This document shows positions 1 to 12,110 of a stretch of DNA of 55,598 nucleotides, in pieces (the stretch's first letter is position 1; the number at the start of each line of letters is the position of its first letter). This stretch comes from Hypanus sabinus (taxonomy: Eukaryota). The position numbers and the translations under genes were made by a program. The stretch spans positions 62,001-117,598 of the forward strand of contig NW_026779338.1 of NCBI RefSeq assembly GCF_030144855.1, in the 5' to 3' direction. The notes under the pieces were generated by a model. That model worked only from the letters and a program-made list of their open reading frames with translations, was not told the DNA's origin and did not search any database.

Positions 1-960
1 GATCTGTTCTGGGACCCTTACTCTTCGTGATTTTAATAAATGGTTGGATGAGGAAGTGAAGGGATGGGTTAGTCAATTTGCTAATGTCAGAAAGGTTGGG
101 GGTGTTGTAGATAGTGTGGAGGGCTGACAGAGGTGACAGTGGGACTCTGATAGGATGCAAAACTGGGTTGAAAAGTAACAGATGGAGTTCAACCCAGATA
201 AGTGTGAGGTGGTTCATTTTGGTAGGTCAAATATGATCGCAGAATATAGCATTAATGGTAAGACTTCAGCAATGGAGAATCAGAAGCATCTTGGGGTCCG
301 AGTCCATAGGACACTCAAAGCAGTTGCATAGGTTGACTCTGTGGTTAAGCAGGCATACAGTGTATTGGCCTTCATTAAATGTGGAATTGAGTTTAGGAGC
401 CGAGAGGTAATGTTGCAGCTACTGGGAACCCTGGTCAGACCCCACTTGGAGAACTGTGCTCAGTTCTGGTCACCTCACTACAGGAAGGATGTGGAAGCCA
501 TAGGAAGGGTGGAGAGGAGATTTACAAGGATCCTGCCTGGATTGGGGAGCATGCCTTATGAGAATAGGTTGAGTGAACTCGGCCTTTTCTCCTTGGAGCG
601 ATGGAAGATGAGAGGTAACCGGATAGAGGAGTATAAAATGATGAGAGGCATTGATCGTGTGGATAGTCAGAGGCTTTTTCCCAGGGCTGAAATGGCTAGC
701 ATGAGAGGACACAGTTTTAAGGTGCTTGGAAGTAGGTACAGAGGAGAAGTCAGGAGTAAGTGTTTGTATACAGAAGGTGGTGAGTGCATGGAAATGGCTG
801 CTGGCAACGGTGGTGGAGGCAGAAACAATAGGGTCTTTTAAGAGACTCCTGGATAGGTACATGGACCTTAAAAAACTGAGGGCTATGGGTAAACCTAGGT
901 AATTTCTAAAGTACGTACATGTCCGGCACAGCATTTGTGCTGGAGGTTTTCGATGTTTCT
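1..960 (+). mobile_element. CR1-type LINE, degenerate RT C-terminal region and 3' end
   Basis: ORF 341-841 has the CR1 ORF2 motif 'LVRPHLENCAQFWSPHYRKD...LGLFSLE'. A 5' remnant of the SKFADDTK region is present, and it ends in a short tttctatgt-type tail. Confidence 0.9.
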
Positions 961-3080
961 ATGTGTCGATGTTGGTAAATGAGATGAGGGACTTGGGAGT
1001 GCTTGTGGGGCAGGGAGATTATGCTGCCACTGTACAGGGTACTGGTGAGGCTGTGTCTGGAGTACTGCGTGCAGTTCTGGTCTCCTTAGTTGAGGAAGGA
1101 TATACAAGCTTTGGAGGCAGTGCAGAGGTAGTTCACCAGATTGATTGCACAGATGAGGGGGTTAGACTATGAGGAGAGACTGAGTCACCTGGGTCTGTAC
1201 TTGCCAGAATTCAGATGAAAGACGAGATCTTATAGAAGCATTTAAAATTATAAAGGGATAGATAAGACAGAGGCAGGAAAGTTTTTTTCACTGGTAGATG
1301 AGACTAGAACTAGGGGACATAGCCTCAAGATTCGGGAGAGTAAATTTAGGACAGAGATGATGAGGATTTGCTTTTCCCAAAGAGTGGAGACTCTGTGTAA
1401 TTTTCTGCACAATGAAGCAGTGGAGGCTACCTCAGTAGATGCATTTAAGACAGCGTTGAATTGATTTTTGCATATATTTAAAGGTTATGGGTAGAAGGCA
1501 GGTAGGTGGAGATGAGTCCATGGTCAGATCAGCCATGATCTTATTGAATGGTAGATCAGGCTTGACGTGCCAGATGGGCTCAAGTTGTCCTACTCTCCTG
1601 CTCTTATGTGAGCCCATGGTATGACAGGAAAGTTACTGACACGGTTACAGAACTGGCTGATTGGTAGGAGGCAGCGAGTGGGAATGAAAGGTTGGCTGCC
1701 AGTGACGAGTGGTGTTGGGCAGGGACGGCTTCTTTTTCTGCTGTACAGCAATGGGTAGGTTCTGGGGACGGGTGGCTTTGTTGCTGCATTTCCAGATGTT
1801 ACAAGGATCGGTGGAGGAGCAATGTTGAGGAAACAGATGGGTTGCAGAAGGACTTAGACAGATTAGGAGAATGGGCAAGAAAGTGACAAAAGAAATACAG
1901 TGTTGGAAGATGCATGGTCATGCACTTCGGAATTAAAATTAAATGTGCAGGCTATTTTTTAGACAGGCAGAAAATCCAAAAATCTGAGATGCAAAGGGAT
2001 TTGGGAGAGCTTGTGCAGAACACCTAACTTGCAGGTTAAGTCAATGGTGAGGAAGGCAAATGCCAAGTTGGCATTCATTTGAAGAGGTCTTGAATTCAAG
2101 AGCAAGTATGTGATGCTGAGGCTTTATCAGGCACTGGTGAAGCTTCAGTTTGAGTATTGTGAACAGTTCTTGTTTCCTCATCTCAGAAAAGATGTGTTGG
2201 CATTGGAGAGGGTTCAGAGGCGGTTCATAAGGATGATTCCAGGAATGAAAGTGTTATCATATGAAGAACGTTTCATGGCTTTGAGTCCGTGCTTGCTGGA
2301 ATTTAGAAGAATGAGGGGGGATCTGATTGAAACCTTTTGAATGTTGAAAGACCTAGACAGAGTAGATGCGGAAAGGATGTTTCCCATGATGGGGGAGTCT
2401 AGGACAAGAGGGCACAGCCTCAGGATAGAGGGGCATCCATTTAAAACAGACTTGAGCCAAAGGGTTGTGAATATGTGGAATTTGTTCCCACAGGCAGCTG
2501 TGGAAGCCAAGTTGTTGGGTGTATTTAAGGCAGAGATTGATAGGTTCTTATTGGAAACAGCATCAAAAGTTACAGGGAGCAGGCTGCAGAATGCGGTTGA
2601 GGAGGGGAACAAAGGATTGGCCATGATTAAATGGAGGAGCAGACTCAATGGGCCAGATAATTCTGCTCCTGTGTCTTATGTTGCCAGGACCTGAGGACCT
2701 GAGTTGTAGTGAAAGGCTGAATAGGGTAGGACTTGATTCCGTGGAATGTAAGAGGATGAGGGGAAATTTGCGGAAGTATAAATTATGAGGGTTATAGAGA
2801 GGTTAAATGGAGGGCTTTCTTCACTGACTGTGGGTGAGACTAGAAGTAGATATCGTATGTTAAAGGTGAAAGGTGAAACACCTAAGAGGAAGAGGGCATA
2901 TTTCTTCAGTCCGAGGAATGAGCTACCAGCAGAAGTAGTGGATGTGAACATTTAAGAGAAGTATGGATGTCCATGAATGGGACTGGTATGGAGGGTGATG
3001 GGCCAAGTGCAGGCCAATGGGAATAGGCAGAATCATAGTTTAGCATGGACTTGGTGGGGCAAGGGCTTGTTTTTGTGCTG
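961..3080 (+). mobile_element. Several further 5'-truncated, decayed CR1 fragments in tandem
   Basis: ORFs 1692-1886, 2110-2340 and 2341-2694 carry 'LQKDLDRLGEW', 'LERVQRRF' and 'SRTRGHSL' motifs with many stops and frameshifts. Confidence 0.85.
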
Positions 3081-3513
3081 TGCTGGTGTCTATTTTGTTT
3101 CCCAAGGTTTACACTATTCACCACACTTTGCCTGTATCTTTATGCTTTGTGGCCTCCTGTTCAGAGGTTAATTTCCTTCTTTGGAGTCTTTTGAAAGATT
3201 TGCACCCATATCTTTGTTTCCATTACCTATCCCTGTGTACTCTTGCCATTCTATCTTGTCAAACAGTAAAAATCCCATTTACATTGTTATCCAGTCAATG
3301 CTCTGTCGGTAATATCTTCAACAATAGCTTCCACTACTTTCCCTAATGCGTAGCCTCCCACTGTCTTTCTTCTTGTTTGAAAAAAAAACCTTTGCAACCT
3401 GTCCCAAAGTCAATGAACTGTGGAAAATTAAAACCAAAATGACAGCTTTCTGCTGTTAAACCCCAAGGATGAGATGCATCAGAACTGACAGACTTGTCAA
3501 CCTTGAATTTTAA

Positions 3514-3712
3514 AAACAAACACGAGGAAATCTGCAGATGCTGGAAATTCAAGGTTCACACACAAAATGCTGGTGGAACGCAGCAGTCCAGGCAGTATCT
3601 ATAGGGAGAAGCACTGTTGACGTTTCGGGCCAAGACCCTTTGACAGTGCTTCTCCCTATAGATGCTGCCTGGCCTGCTGTGTTCCACCAGCATTTTGTGT
3701 GTGAACCTTGAA
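3514..3712. repeat. Fold-back (long inverted repeat) interspersed element
   Basis: Arms of ~70 bp: ttcaaggttcacacacaaaatgctggtggaac... (from 3548) and ...gttccaccagcattttgtgtgtgaaccttgaa (to 3712). Related copies lie at ~13160-13310, ~24222-24300, ~35940-36080 and ~45878-45956. Confidence 0.8.
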
Positions 3713-3809
3713 TCTTCACAGAATTGTACGGTCCTATTGCCCTGGAGCTAGGGAGATTCCTGAGTTTCCCTCTCACATTTAGCCTGAGCACCTTCAACAG
3801 ACAAAGCTG

Positions 3810-4080
3810 AGGCTACAAACACACTAGACCGGATATGTTTGAAAACACCGGTTTCGCGTAAAAACGATAGGCGTCCACACTATGCATTTTTGAAAATACC
3901 TCTATCCACACTGAAACGGAGATTTCGGTGAATCTCCTCCTCCTGCGCATGCGCAGGACACATCAACTGAAAACAAGCGACATGTTTGGTGTCAAATCTC
4001 ACCATAAAAGTGCGCGTTTGTGTAGTTACAGACTAGAAAAACTTAAAACGACGGACAGCTGTTGGCACTCGCGCAGGTGT
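3810..4080. mobile_element. Possible non-autonomous DNA transposon fragment (CpG-rich)
   Basis: Starts ggctacaaacacactagaccggatatgtttgaaaac, which resembles fish non-autonomous DNA transposon ends, and has an internal palindrome. I could not find a matching second TIR. Confidence 0.3.
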
Positions 4081-4618
4081 CACAAAACAAATGTACTTAC
4101 ATGGAAAAGGCTGAACAGATTGTGGCAGGAAATGACAGAGTTACACAAGGCTAAAGGCCCTGCAGTTGAACGTACATAGTGTTGGTTTATTATTGTCACA
4201 TGTGAAAAGCTTGTATATTCAGAGAAAATCATTACACAGTGCTCAGAGGGTGAACAAGACAAAAATATAACAATGCAGAATAAAGAGCAACCGTTACAGA
4301 GAAAGTGCAGTGCTAGTAAATAACCGTAACTGCAGGATCAAAACAAAGCGAACTGAGGTCAACAGTCCATCTTATCATTCCGGAGTCTGACAACAGCTGC
4401 AGACCGGTCGGTGTACGTGCTTTCAGGTTTAGGCAGTGTTTGAACTGTGACTGTGACATTGAGAAACTGCAGGAAGCTTGGAAACACCGGAGGCAGATAT
4501 TCTCATTCATTATGATCTTCGTTGGCAAAGGAGAAGCAATTTAACAATCAGAATCAGGCTTATGTCACCGGCATGAGTCATGAAATTTGTTAACTTAGTA
4601 GCAGCATTACTATGAAAT

Positions 4619-4912
4619 NNNNNNNNNNNNNNNNNNNNNNNNNNNNNNNNNNNNNNNNNNNNNNNNNNNNNNNNNNNNNNNNNNNNNNNNNNNNNNNNNN
4701 NNNNNNNNNNNNNNNNNNNNNNNNNNNNNNNNNNNNNNNNNNNNNNNNNNNNNNNNNNNNNNNNNNNNNNNNNNNNNNNNNNNNNNNNNNNNNNNNNNNN
4801 NNNNNNNNNNNNNNNNNNNNNNNNNNNNNNNNNNNNNNNNNNNNNNNNNNNNNNNNNNNNNNNNNNNNNNNNNNNNNNNNNNNNNNNNNNNNNNNNNNNN
4901 NNNNNNNNNNNN
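4619..4912. other. Assembly gap (294 N)
   Basis: Run of N. ORFs 4610-5056 and 4612-4923 are artefacts of it. Confidence 1.
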
Positions 4913-5990
4913 TGTCCCTTTAGGAATTGGATGGCAGAGGGGAAGAAGCTGTTCCTGTATCACTGTGTGTGTGCCTTCAGGCTTCTGTACCTCCTTCCTG
5001 ACAGTAACAATAAGAGGGCATGCCTCGGGTGATGGGTCCTTCATAATGGATGCCACCTTTCTGAGGCACCACTCCTTGAAGACATCTTGGATTACGGAGG
5101 CTAGTACCCAAGATGGAGCTGACTAATATTACAACTTCCTGTAGGTCCTCTCGGTCCTGTACAGTAGAACCCCACCCCCAACCAGACAGTGATGAGGCCT
5201 GTCAGAATGCTTCCCATGGTATATCCAGAGAAATTGAGTGGTTTAGGTGACAAACCAAATCTCTTCAACTCCTAATGAAATATAGCCACTGTCTTGCTTT
5301 CTTCATAGCTGCATCCATACATTGGGACCAGGTTAGATCCTCCGAGATCATGCAACCCAGGAACCTGAAGTTGCTCTCTCTCTCTCTCCACTCTGATCCT
5401 TCCTGAGGATTGGTTCATGTTCCCTCCTCTTACCCTTCATAATCAGCTCTTTCATCTCACTGACATTGAGTGTGCAAGGTTGTTGCTATGACACCACTCA
5501 ACTAGCTAACATACTTCACTCCTGTCTCCATCTGAGATTCCAGGAACAATGGTAGCATCATCAGCAAATTTATCAATGGCATTTGAACCACACTGTCATG
5601 AGTGTAGAGAGGGAAGAGCAGTGGGATAAACACACACCACTTGGGGTGGGCCAGTGAGGAGGAGGTATTATTAGAAATCCGCACAAATTGTGGCCGAGAA
5701 TCCAATTGCAGAGAAAGGGAGAGAAGCCCAGGTTCTGTAGCTTATCGATCAGAACTGTGTGAATTGCGGCGTTAAACACTAAGCTATTGCCAACATAAAA
5801 GCATTGCGACAGAGGTGTATGCATTGTCCAGGAGAGCGAAGACCATGTGAAGAGACTCTGAGATCATTCCTGCCATAGACCTGCTGTGGTGATGGGTAAA
5901 TTGCAGAGAGTCTCTGTCCTGGCTGAGGCAGAGCTGATTCCACCATAACCAAACTCTCAAAGCATTTCATCACCTACTGGACAATAGTCA
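4913..5990 (-). mobile_element. Rex1/Babar-type LINE RT fragment
   Basis: Minus-strand translations resemble 'TVLIDKLQNLGFSPFLCNWIL' and 'LFPLYTHD' (GCVLSPLLFSLYTHDC-type RT block); heavily decayed. Confidence 0.7.
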
Positions 5991-6802
5991 TTAAGGCAGC
6001 TCGCACTGCTCTTCGTGGGCCTTTAATGAAGAGGCTGGGAAGATCCAATTATGTAATATAATATATAATATAATGTAATATAAACCAACAAACTTAATGT
6101 TGTTTTGTGTAAAACAAGCCAACCAATAAAACAATATAGAAAATCTATCAATAAGTTTGAACTAATGCAGAGAAAATCGACAGGACTTGTGGACCTCCTG
6201 AACTTTATTCCGTGGAATGCAGGAGAATGAGGGGAGATCATATGGACGTACACAATGTAATGAGGGATGTAGATCGGGTGCTTTCTGGTTGGGTGAGACT
6301 GCAACTAGAGGCCATAGCTTCAGGGTGAAATGTGAAATATTTAAGAGGAATCTGAAGAAGAACATTGTCACTCAGAGGGTGGAGTGAGTGTGGAACGAGA
6401 TGTTGATGGAAGTGGTGTATGGGGTCTGAATTGCAACATATAAGGGAGGATTGGATAAGTTAATTGTTGAGAGAACAGACAGCTGTATTACAGAGCAGAT
6501 TGGTGTGACTAGGCACATGGTGAAGGAAATGGACAGTTTCTGTGGTTAGTGCCCAGTGACTGTATTAGCATGAACAGGTCATTTTGTCTAGATGGTAATG
6601 TGTGATGTGCTGGGACTTATCTTTTATTTCAGCCTTTAAAATGATGATTGCAAGATGGGTTGCTATGTTTGGTGATAGACAGGAAATTGAGCTGTGAAGT
6701 GCACAGAATATTGCAGGCTTTTGAGAAGAAATGTTAAAAATTTCTTTCCTGCCACATGTGCTGCTTGACCCTCTGCAGTTCTTCACTATTTTGCTTGCTG
6801 CT

Positions 6803-7103
6803 CCCATACCGGCATTAATGGAGCCCACACTGGGAAGCTGCCTGTTCCCATATGGGTATTAATGGAGCCCACACTGGGAAGCTGCCTGTTCCCATACCGG
6901 CATTAATGGAGCCCACACTGGGAAGCTGCCTGTTCCCAAACCGGTATTAATGGAGCCCACACTGGGAAGCTGCCTGTTCACATACCGTCATTAATGGAGC
7001 CCACACTGGGAAGCTGCCTGTTCCCATACCGGTATTAATGGAGCCCACACTGGGAAGCTGCCTGTTCTTATACTGGTATTAATGGAAACCACACTGGGAA
7101 GCT
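6803..7103. repeat. 44-bp tandem satellite, ~7 units (copy A)
   Basis: Unit ggagcccacactgggaagctgcctgttcccataccggtattaat, in the intron just downstream of V exon A. Confidence 0.97.
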
Positions 7104-7375
7104 CGCTCGGATGTCCTGAGGAAATTAAGGGTGCTGTAAAAATATTGTCCATTCATAACTTAGTTTATAATAGAGAAAAGTGGAGGAGATAACATGATAG
7201 CATAGACAGTGAGTTTGGAGATTGTGTTAACACTGATGGAGACACAGCAACGTCACAGATAATCCCATTCTGCATTATTGATTTGAGAATTGTGTTACTG
7301 GGAAAACAGCAGAGTTTGGCTATTTCTCGCTGACTGCTGAGTGTCTATCATTATATAATTAGAGAAAACACTTAC

Positions 7376-7744
7376 CTACAACACGTATTTGTGTTATGGT
7401 GGAGTAGCTATAGCAATCCGAACCTTTAAATTCAATTCTGAAGTGATAAAGACCTTCATCTTCCTGTGTAACATTGTTTATATTCAGGGAACAGTCATTG
7501 TCGTTCAGGTTTCCAGAGAGCTGGGTCCGATGGTGATATCTTGGCGTTACACGATTGCTATCCGTGGAGTGAAAGGCTATCTGTGACTGTGAAGACAGGT
7601 CATTTGAGTTAAACCAGATTCCCACCCGTTGGTCATTTGCCAGACGTGACGGATAGCTGTAGCGACACTGAATGTGTGCACACAGGCCCTTCCGCACTGT
7701 AACTTCTTGTTGAATGTTGGCTGTCCATTCCTCTGACACGACAG
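7376..7744 (-). CDS. Siglec/CD22/MAG-like N-terminal V-set Ig exon (copy A)
   Basis: Acceptor ctctctcctcag|CT at 7744 and donor GTA G|gtaagt at 7376; 369 nt, phase 1-1. Shows EEW, V.V..GLC..I.C, GIWF, R..L.G.L...DCSL.I, EDEG.Y.FRIE (essential Arg) and YSY motifs. Confidence 0.93.
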
Positions 7745-8267
7745 CTGAGGAGAGAGTATGAATATTAAGCAACAAGACAGTATTGAAGGAGATCCTCAGT
7801 GTTGACAGTTACATTGCTGTTGGCGTGCACCGCAGAGTTCTTGGTGAGCTCTATGCAGTAATGATGGAGAGCTGGCCAGTCATGGTGGTTATACTGAAGG
7901 AGTGTTACGCAGACACAAGGACAATGCCAGCAACACTCTACTATCAGCACTGCAAATCTGGAGACCCGACATAAGGCTGCACGGTAGTGTATTGGACAAC
8001 AAGATGCTTTGCAGTACAAGCCAGCCGGGTTCAATTCATGCTGCTGCCTGTAAGAAGTTTATACATTCGCCCCGTGACCATGTCCTCCCACTGTCCAAAG
8101 ACATACTGGTTCATAGATCATTGTAAATTGTCCCTTGATTAGACAAGATTAAATTGTGGGATTGCTGGGTGGCATGGCTCAAAGGGCCAGGAGGGACTAT
8201 TCTGCACTGCATCTTAACAGCTGTCCACTGGACAACTGTAGGTCCAAGTACCATTGGATTTCTGTAC

Positions 8268-10107
8268 AATCAGTATGTCCGCAATGTGGGAGTACTGAAG
8301 GAGCATTAAAGGAGCACTAACCAGAATGTCCACAATGCGGGAGTACTAAAGGAGCTTTAAAGGAGTACTTATCAGAATGTCTGCAATGTTGGAGTACTAA
8401 AGGATCATCAAAGGAGCACTAATCAGAATGTCCGCAATGTGGGAGTACTAAAGGAGCATTAAAGGAGCACTAATCAGAATGTCCGCAATGTGGGAGTACT
8501 AAAGGATCATCAAAGGAGCACTAATCAGAATGTCCGCAATGTGGGAGTACTAAAGGAGCATTAAAGGAGCACTAATCAGAATGTCCGCAATGTGGGAGTA
8601 CTAAAGGAGCATTAAAGGAGCACTAATCAGAATGTCCGCAATGTGGGAGTACTAAAGGATCATCAAAGGAGCACTAATCAGAATGTCCGCAATGTGGGAG
8701 TACTAAAGGAGCATTAAAGGAGCACTAATCAGAATGTCCGCAATGTGGGAGTACTAAAGGAGCATTAAAGGAGCACTAATCAGAATGTCCGCAATGTGGG
8801 AGTACTAAAGGATCATCAAAGGAGCACTAATCAGAATGTCCGCAATGTGGGAGTACTAAAGGAGCTTTAAAGGAGTACTAATCAGAATGTCTGCAATGTT
8901 GGAGTACTAAAGGATCATCAAAGGAGCACTAATCAGAATGTCCGCAATGTGGGAGTACTAAAGGAGCATTAAAGGAGCACTAATCAGAATGTCCGCAATG
9001 TGGGAGTACTAAAGGAGCTTTAAAGGAGTACTAATCAGAATGTCTGCAATGTTGGAGTACTAAAGGATCATCAAAGGAGCACTAATCAGAATGTCCGCAA
9101 TGTGGGAGTACTAAAGGAGCATTAAAGGAGCACTAATCAGAATGTCCGCAATGTGGGAGTACTAAAGGAGCTTTAAGGGAACACTAATCAGAATGTCCAC
9201 AATGTGGGATTACTAAAGGAGCATTAAAGTAGCACTGATCAGTATGTCCGCAATGTGGGAGTATTAAAGGATCATCAAAGGAGCACTAATCAGAATGTCC
9301 GCAATGTGGGAGTACTAAAGGAGCTTTAAGGGAACACTAATCAGAATGTCCGCAATGTGGGAGTACTAAAGGAGCTTTAAGGGAACACTAATCAGAATGT
9401 CTGCAATGTGGGAGTACTAAAGGAGCTTTAAGGGAGTACTAATCAGAATGTCCGCAATGTGGGAGTACTAAAGGAGCATTAAAGTAGCACTGATCAGTAT
9501 GTCCGCAATGTGGGAGTATTAAAGGATCATCAAAGGAGCACTAATCAGAATGTCCGCAATGTGGGAGTACTAAAGGAGCATTAAAGTAGCACTGATCAGT
9601 ATGTCCGCAATGTGGGAGTATTAAAGGATCATCAAAGGAGCACTAATCAGAATGTCCGCAATGTGGGAGTACTAAAGGAGCATTAAAGTAGCACTGATCA
9701 GTATGTCCGCAATGTGGGAGTATTAAAGGATCATCAAAGGAGCACTAATCAGAATGTCCGCAATGTGGGAGTACTAAAGGAGCTTTAAGGGAACACTAAT
9801 CAGAATGTCCGCAATGTGGGAGTACTAAAGGAGCTTTAAGGGAACACTAATCAGAATGTCTGCAATGTGGGAGTACTAAAGGAGCTTTAAGGGAGTACTA
9901 ATCAGAATGTCCGCAATGTGGGAGTACTAAAGGAGCATTAAAGGAGCACTAATCAGAATGTCTGCAATGTGGGAGTACTAAAGGATCATCAAAGGAGCAC
10001 TAATCAGAATGTCTGCAATGTGGGAGTACTAAAGGAGCATTAAAGGAGCACTAATCAGAATGTCTGCAATGTGGGAGTACTAAAGGAGCTTTAAAGGAGC
10101 ACTAATC
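8268..10107. repeat. 51-bp tandem satellite, ~36 units (copy A), in the leader-V intron
   Basis: Unit aatcagaatgtccgcaatgtgggagtactaaaggagcattaaaggagcact (period 8421 to 8472), with recurring variant units. Confidence 0.97.
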
Positions 10108-10173
10108 TGGATCAAAATTAGCTTCCACCCCAACTTATTGACAGTTGTTCAGCTGAGCTGCTGTTGCTGGTAC

Positions 10174-10213
10174 CTTGCAGAACTGAGAGGAGGAAATACC
10201 ACTTTCCGATCAT
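10174..10213 (-). CDS. Signal-peptide exon of Siglec-like gene (copy A), MIGKWYFLLSVLQ; exon spans 10174-10255
   Basis: Acceptor ttctatttcag| at 10255; ATG at 10213 with A at -3; donor CAA G|gtacc in phase 1. Joins V exon in frame to give MIGKWYFLLSVLQAVVS/EEW, a plausible 17-aa signal peptide. Not in the ORF track. Confidence 0.75.
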
Positions 10214-10899
10214 CGTGCAATCCCAGATATTCCGTCCGTTTCCTGCTCTCAGAGTCTGAAATAGAACAGAGTTAATGAGCCCCCTTCTCCTGCCTGGCGG
10301 CTTTGGCAGAGGTTAAAACTACTTGAGGACAAAATCTTTGTGGTTCACTTTAATCAACTGTGTGAAGGGTGATTCTCTGCTGTGAGGTTGAGAAGGAGAG
10401 AAGCATTCTGCCAACTCTTGAGAAATCCAGCTATATTCACTCCGTTCTTTGTCACTCACTACTATCTGTTTGAAAGGCAGCAGACAATCTGCACAATTTA
10501 TGTTGACACTTTCAGCAAAACCATGGAGGATCATGCTCATTGGGGAAGGGGGTCTTTGCTTTGCTGCTGCTTATGCGTGAGAAGCCAGGGCTGGGGGGAA
10601 CTTTGGGGTTCTAACATTGAACTGTCATTCATTCTTTGGGGCTCTTCTCTGTTTCTGTGGATGTTTATGAAGAAAAAGGATTTCAGGATGTATATTGTAT
10701 ATATTTCTCTGACATTAAATGTACTTATTGGAAGTTGGTAAGACACTGTCCTGCCTTGCACAAAGCCTCTCTCCTCATTACTCTCTCTCTCCCTGTTCTC
10801 CCTCTTTAGGTTGTGGGTTTCCAAATGCTCAAACTGTATATCCTATCCTTTAGAATTTTCTCCAGTAATTTCCCCACGCTGACACGAGACTCATTGGTT

Positions 10900-12110
10900 G
10901 CCTTAATCCCTGACTAGCTGCCGGTGACTAGTGGTGTTCTAGAGGGGTCTGTGTGGGACCGATGCTTTTTACATTATATGTCTATGATTTGGATGGTGAA
11001 ATTGATGGTTTTGTTGCAAAGTTTTCAGACAATATGAAGATAGGCAGAGGGGCTGGTAGTTTCGAAGAAGTAGAGGGGTTACAGAAGGACTTAGACAGAT
11101 TTGGAGAATGGGAATAGAAGTGGCAGATGGAACAGTGACAGGAAGTGTATGGTCATGCACCTTGGTAGAAGAAATAAAAGGGATGACTATTTTCTAAATA
11201 GAGAGAAAATACAAAGAATTGAGACATAACGACACTTTGGAGCCCTTGTACACGGTTCCCTAAGGGTTAATTTGCAGGTTGAGACTGCGGTGAGGAAGGC
11301 AAATGCATTGCTAGCTTTCATTTCAAGACTAGAATGTAAAAGCAAGGATGTAAAGCTGAAACTTTATAAAGCACTGGTGAGTCCTCACTTGGAGTATTGA
11401 GAGCAGTTTTGGGCCAATTATCTTAGAAAGGTCATGCTGAAACTGGAGAGGGTTCAAAGAAAGTTCATGAAAATGTTTCCAGGATTGAATGGCAGGTTTG
11501 ATACTGTCATTTAAAGTAAAATTGGATAGGTATATGGACAGGAAAGGAATGGAGGGTTATGGGCTGAGTGCAGGTCAGTGGGACTAGGTGAGAGTAAGCG
11601 TTCAGCACCGACTAGAAGGGCCGAGATGGCCTGTTTCCATGCTGTAATTGTTATATGTCTATATGGTTATGTGAAGAGCATTTGCTGACTCTGGGCCTTT
11701 ATTCACTTGATTTCAGAAGAATGAGGGGTGACCTCATTGACCCCTATCAAAAGATGAAATGCCTTGATAGAGTGGATGTGGAGATGGTGTTCCTATGGTG
11801 GGGGAGTCTAAGACCAGAGGACACAGCCTCAGGCTAGAGGCGTGTCCTTTTAGAACGGAGATGAGGAGGAATTTCTTCAGCCAGATGGTGGTGAATCCGT
11901 GGAATTCTTTGCCACAGGCAGCTGTGGAGACCAAGTCTTCATGTATATCTAAGGCAGAGGCTGATAAATTCTTGATTGGCTGGGGCATGAAGGGATATGG
12001 GGAGAAGGCAGGACATTGGGACCGAGCGGAGGATTGGGTCAGCGAAGATGAAGTGGTGCAGCAGACTGGACGGGCCCAATGACCTGATTCTGCTCCTGTA
12101 TCTATGGTCT
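10900..12110 (+). mobile_element. CR1 fragments (copy A; counterpart at ~33640-34885)
   Basis: GSVWDRCF/'SKTRGHSLR' remnants; ORFs 11655-11837 and 11795-12082. Confidence 0.8.

Noticed and set aside
470-934. Long antisense ORFs over CR1/Tc1 copies (e.g. 470-934, 22641-23174, 46982-47488, 48444-48929)
   Set aside because: Antisense shadows of transposon sequence with no independent coding signal.
1-6800. C2-set or transmembrane exons of the left-hand Siglec gene
   Set aside because: None found by eye in the unique stretches. They probably lie left of the window; the 294-N gap sits within a LINE fragment.
8268-10107. CRISPR-like appearance of the regular arrays (also 27267-29525 and 53640-55598)
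   Set aside because: These are head-to-tail tandem repeats with no unique spacers and no cas genes, in a eukaryotic context.
10339-10345. RUNX site TGTGGTT near the leader exon
   Set aside because: A single 7-mer, expected by chance.
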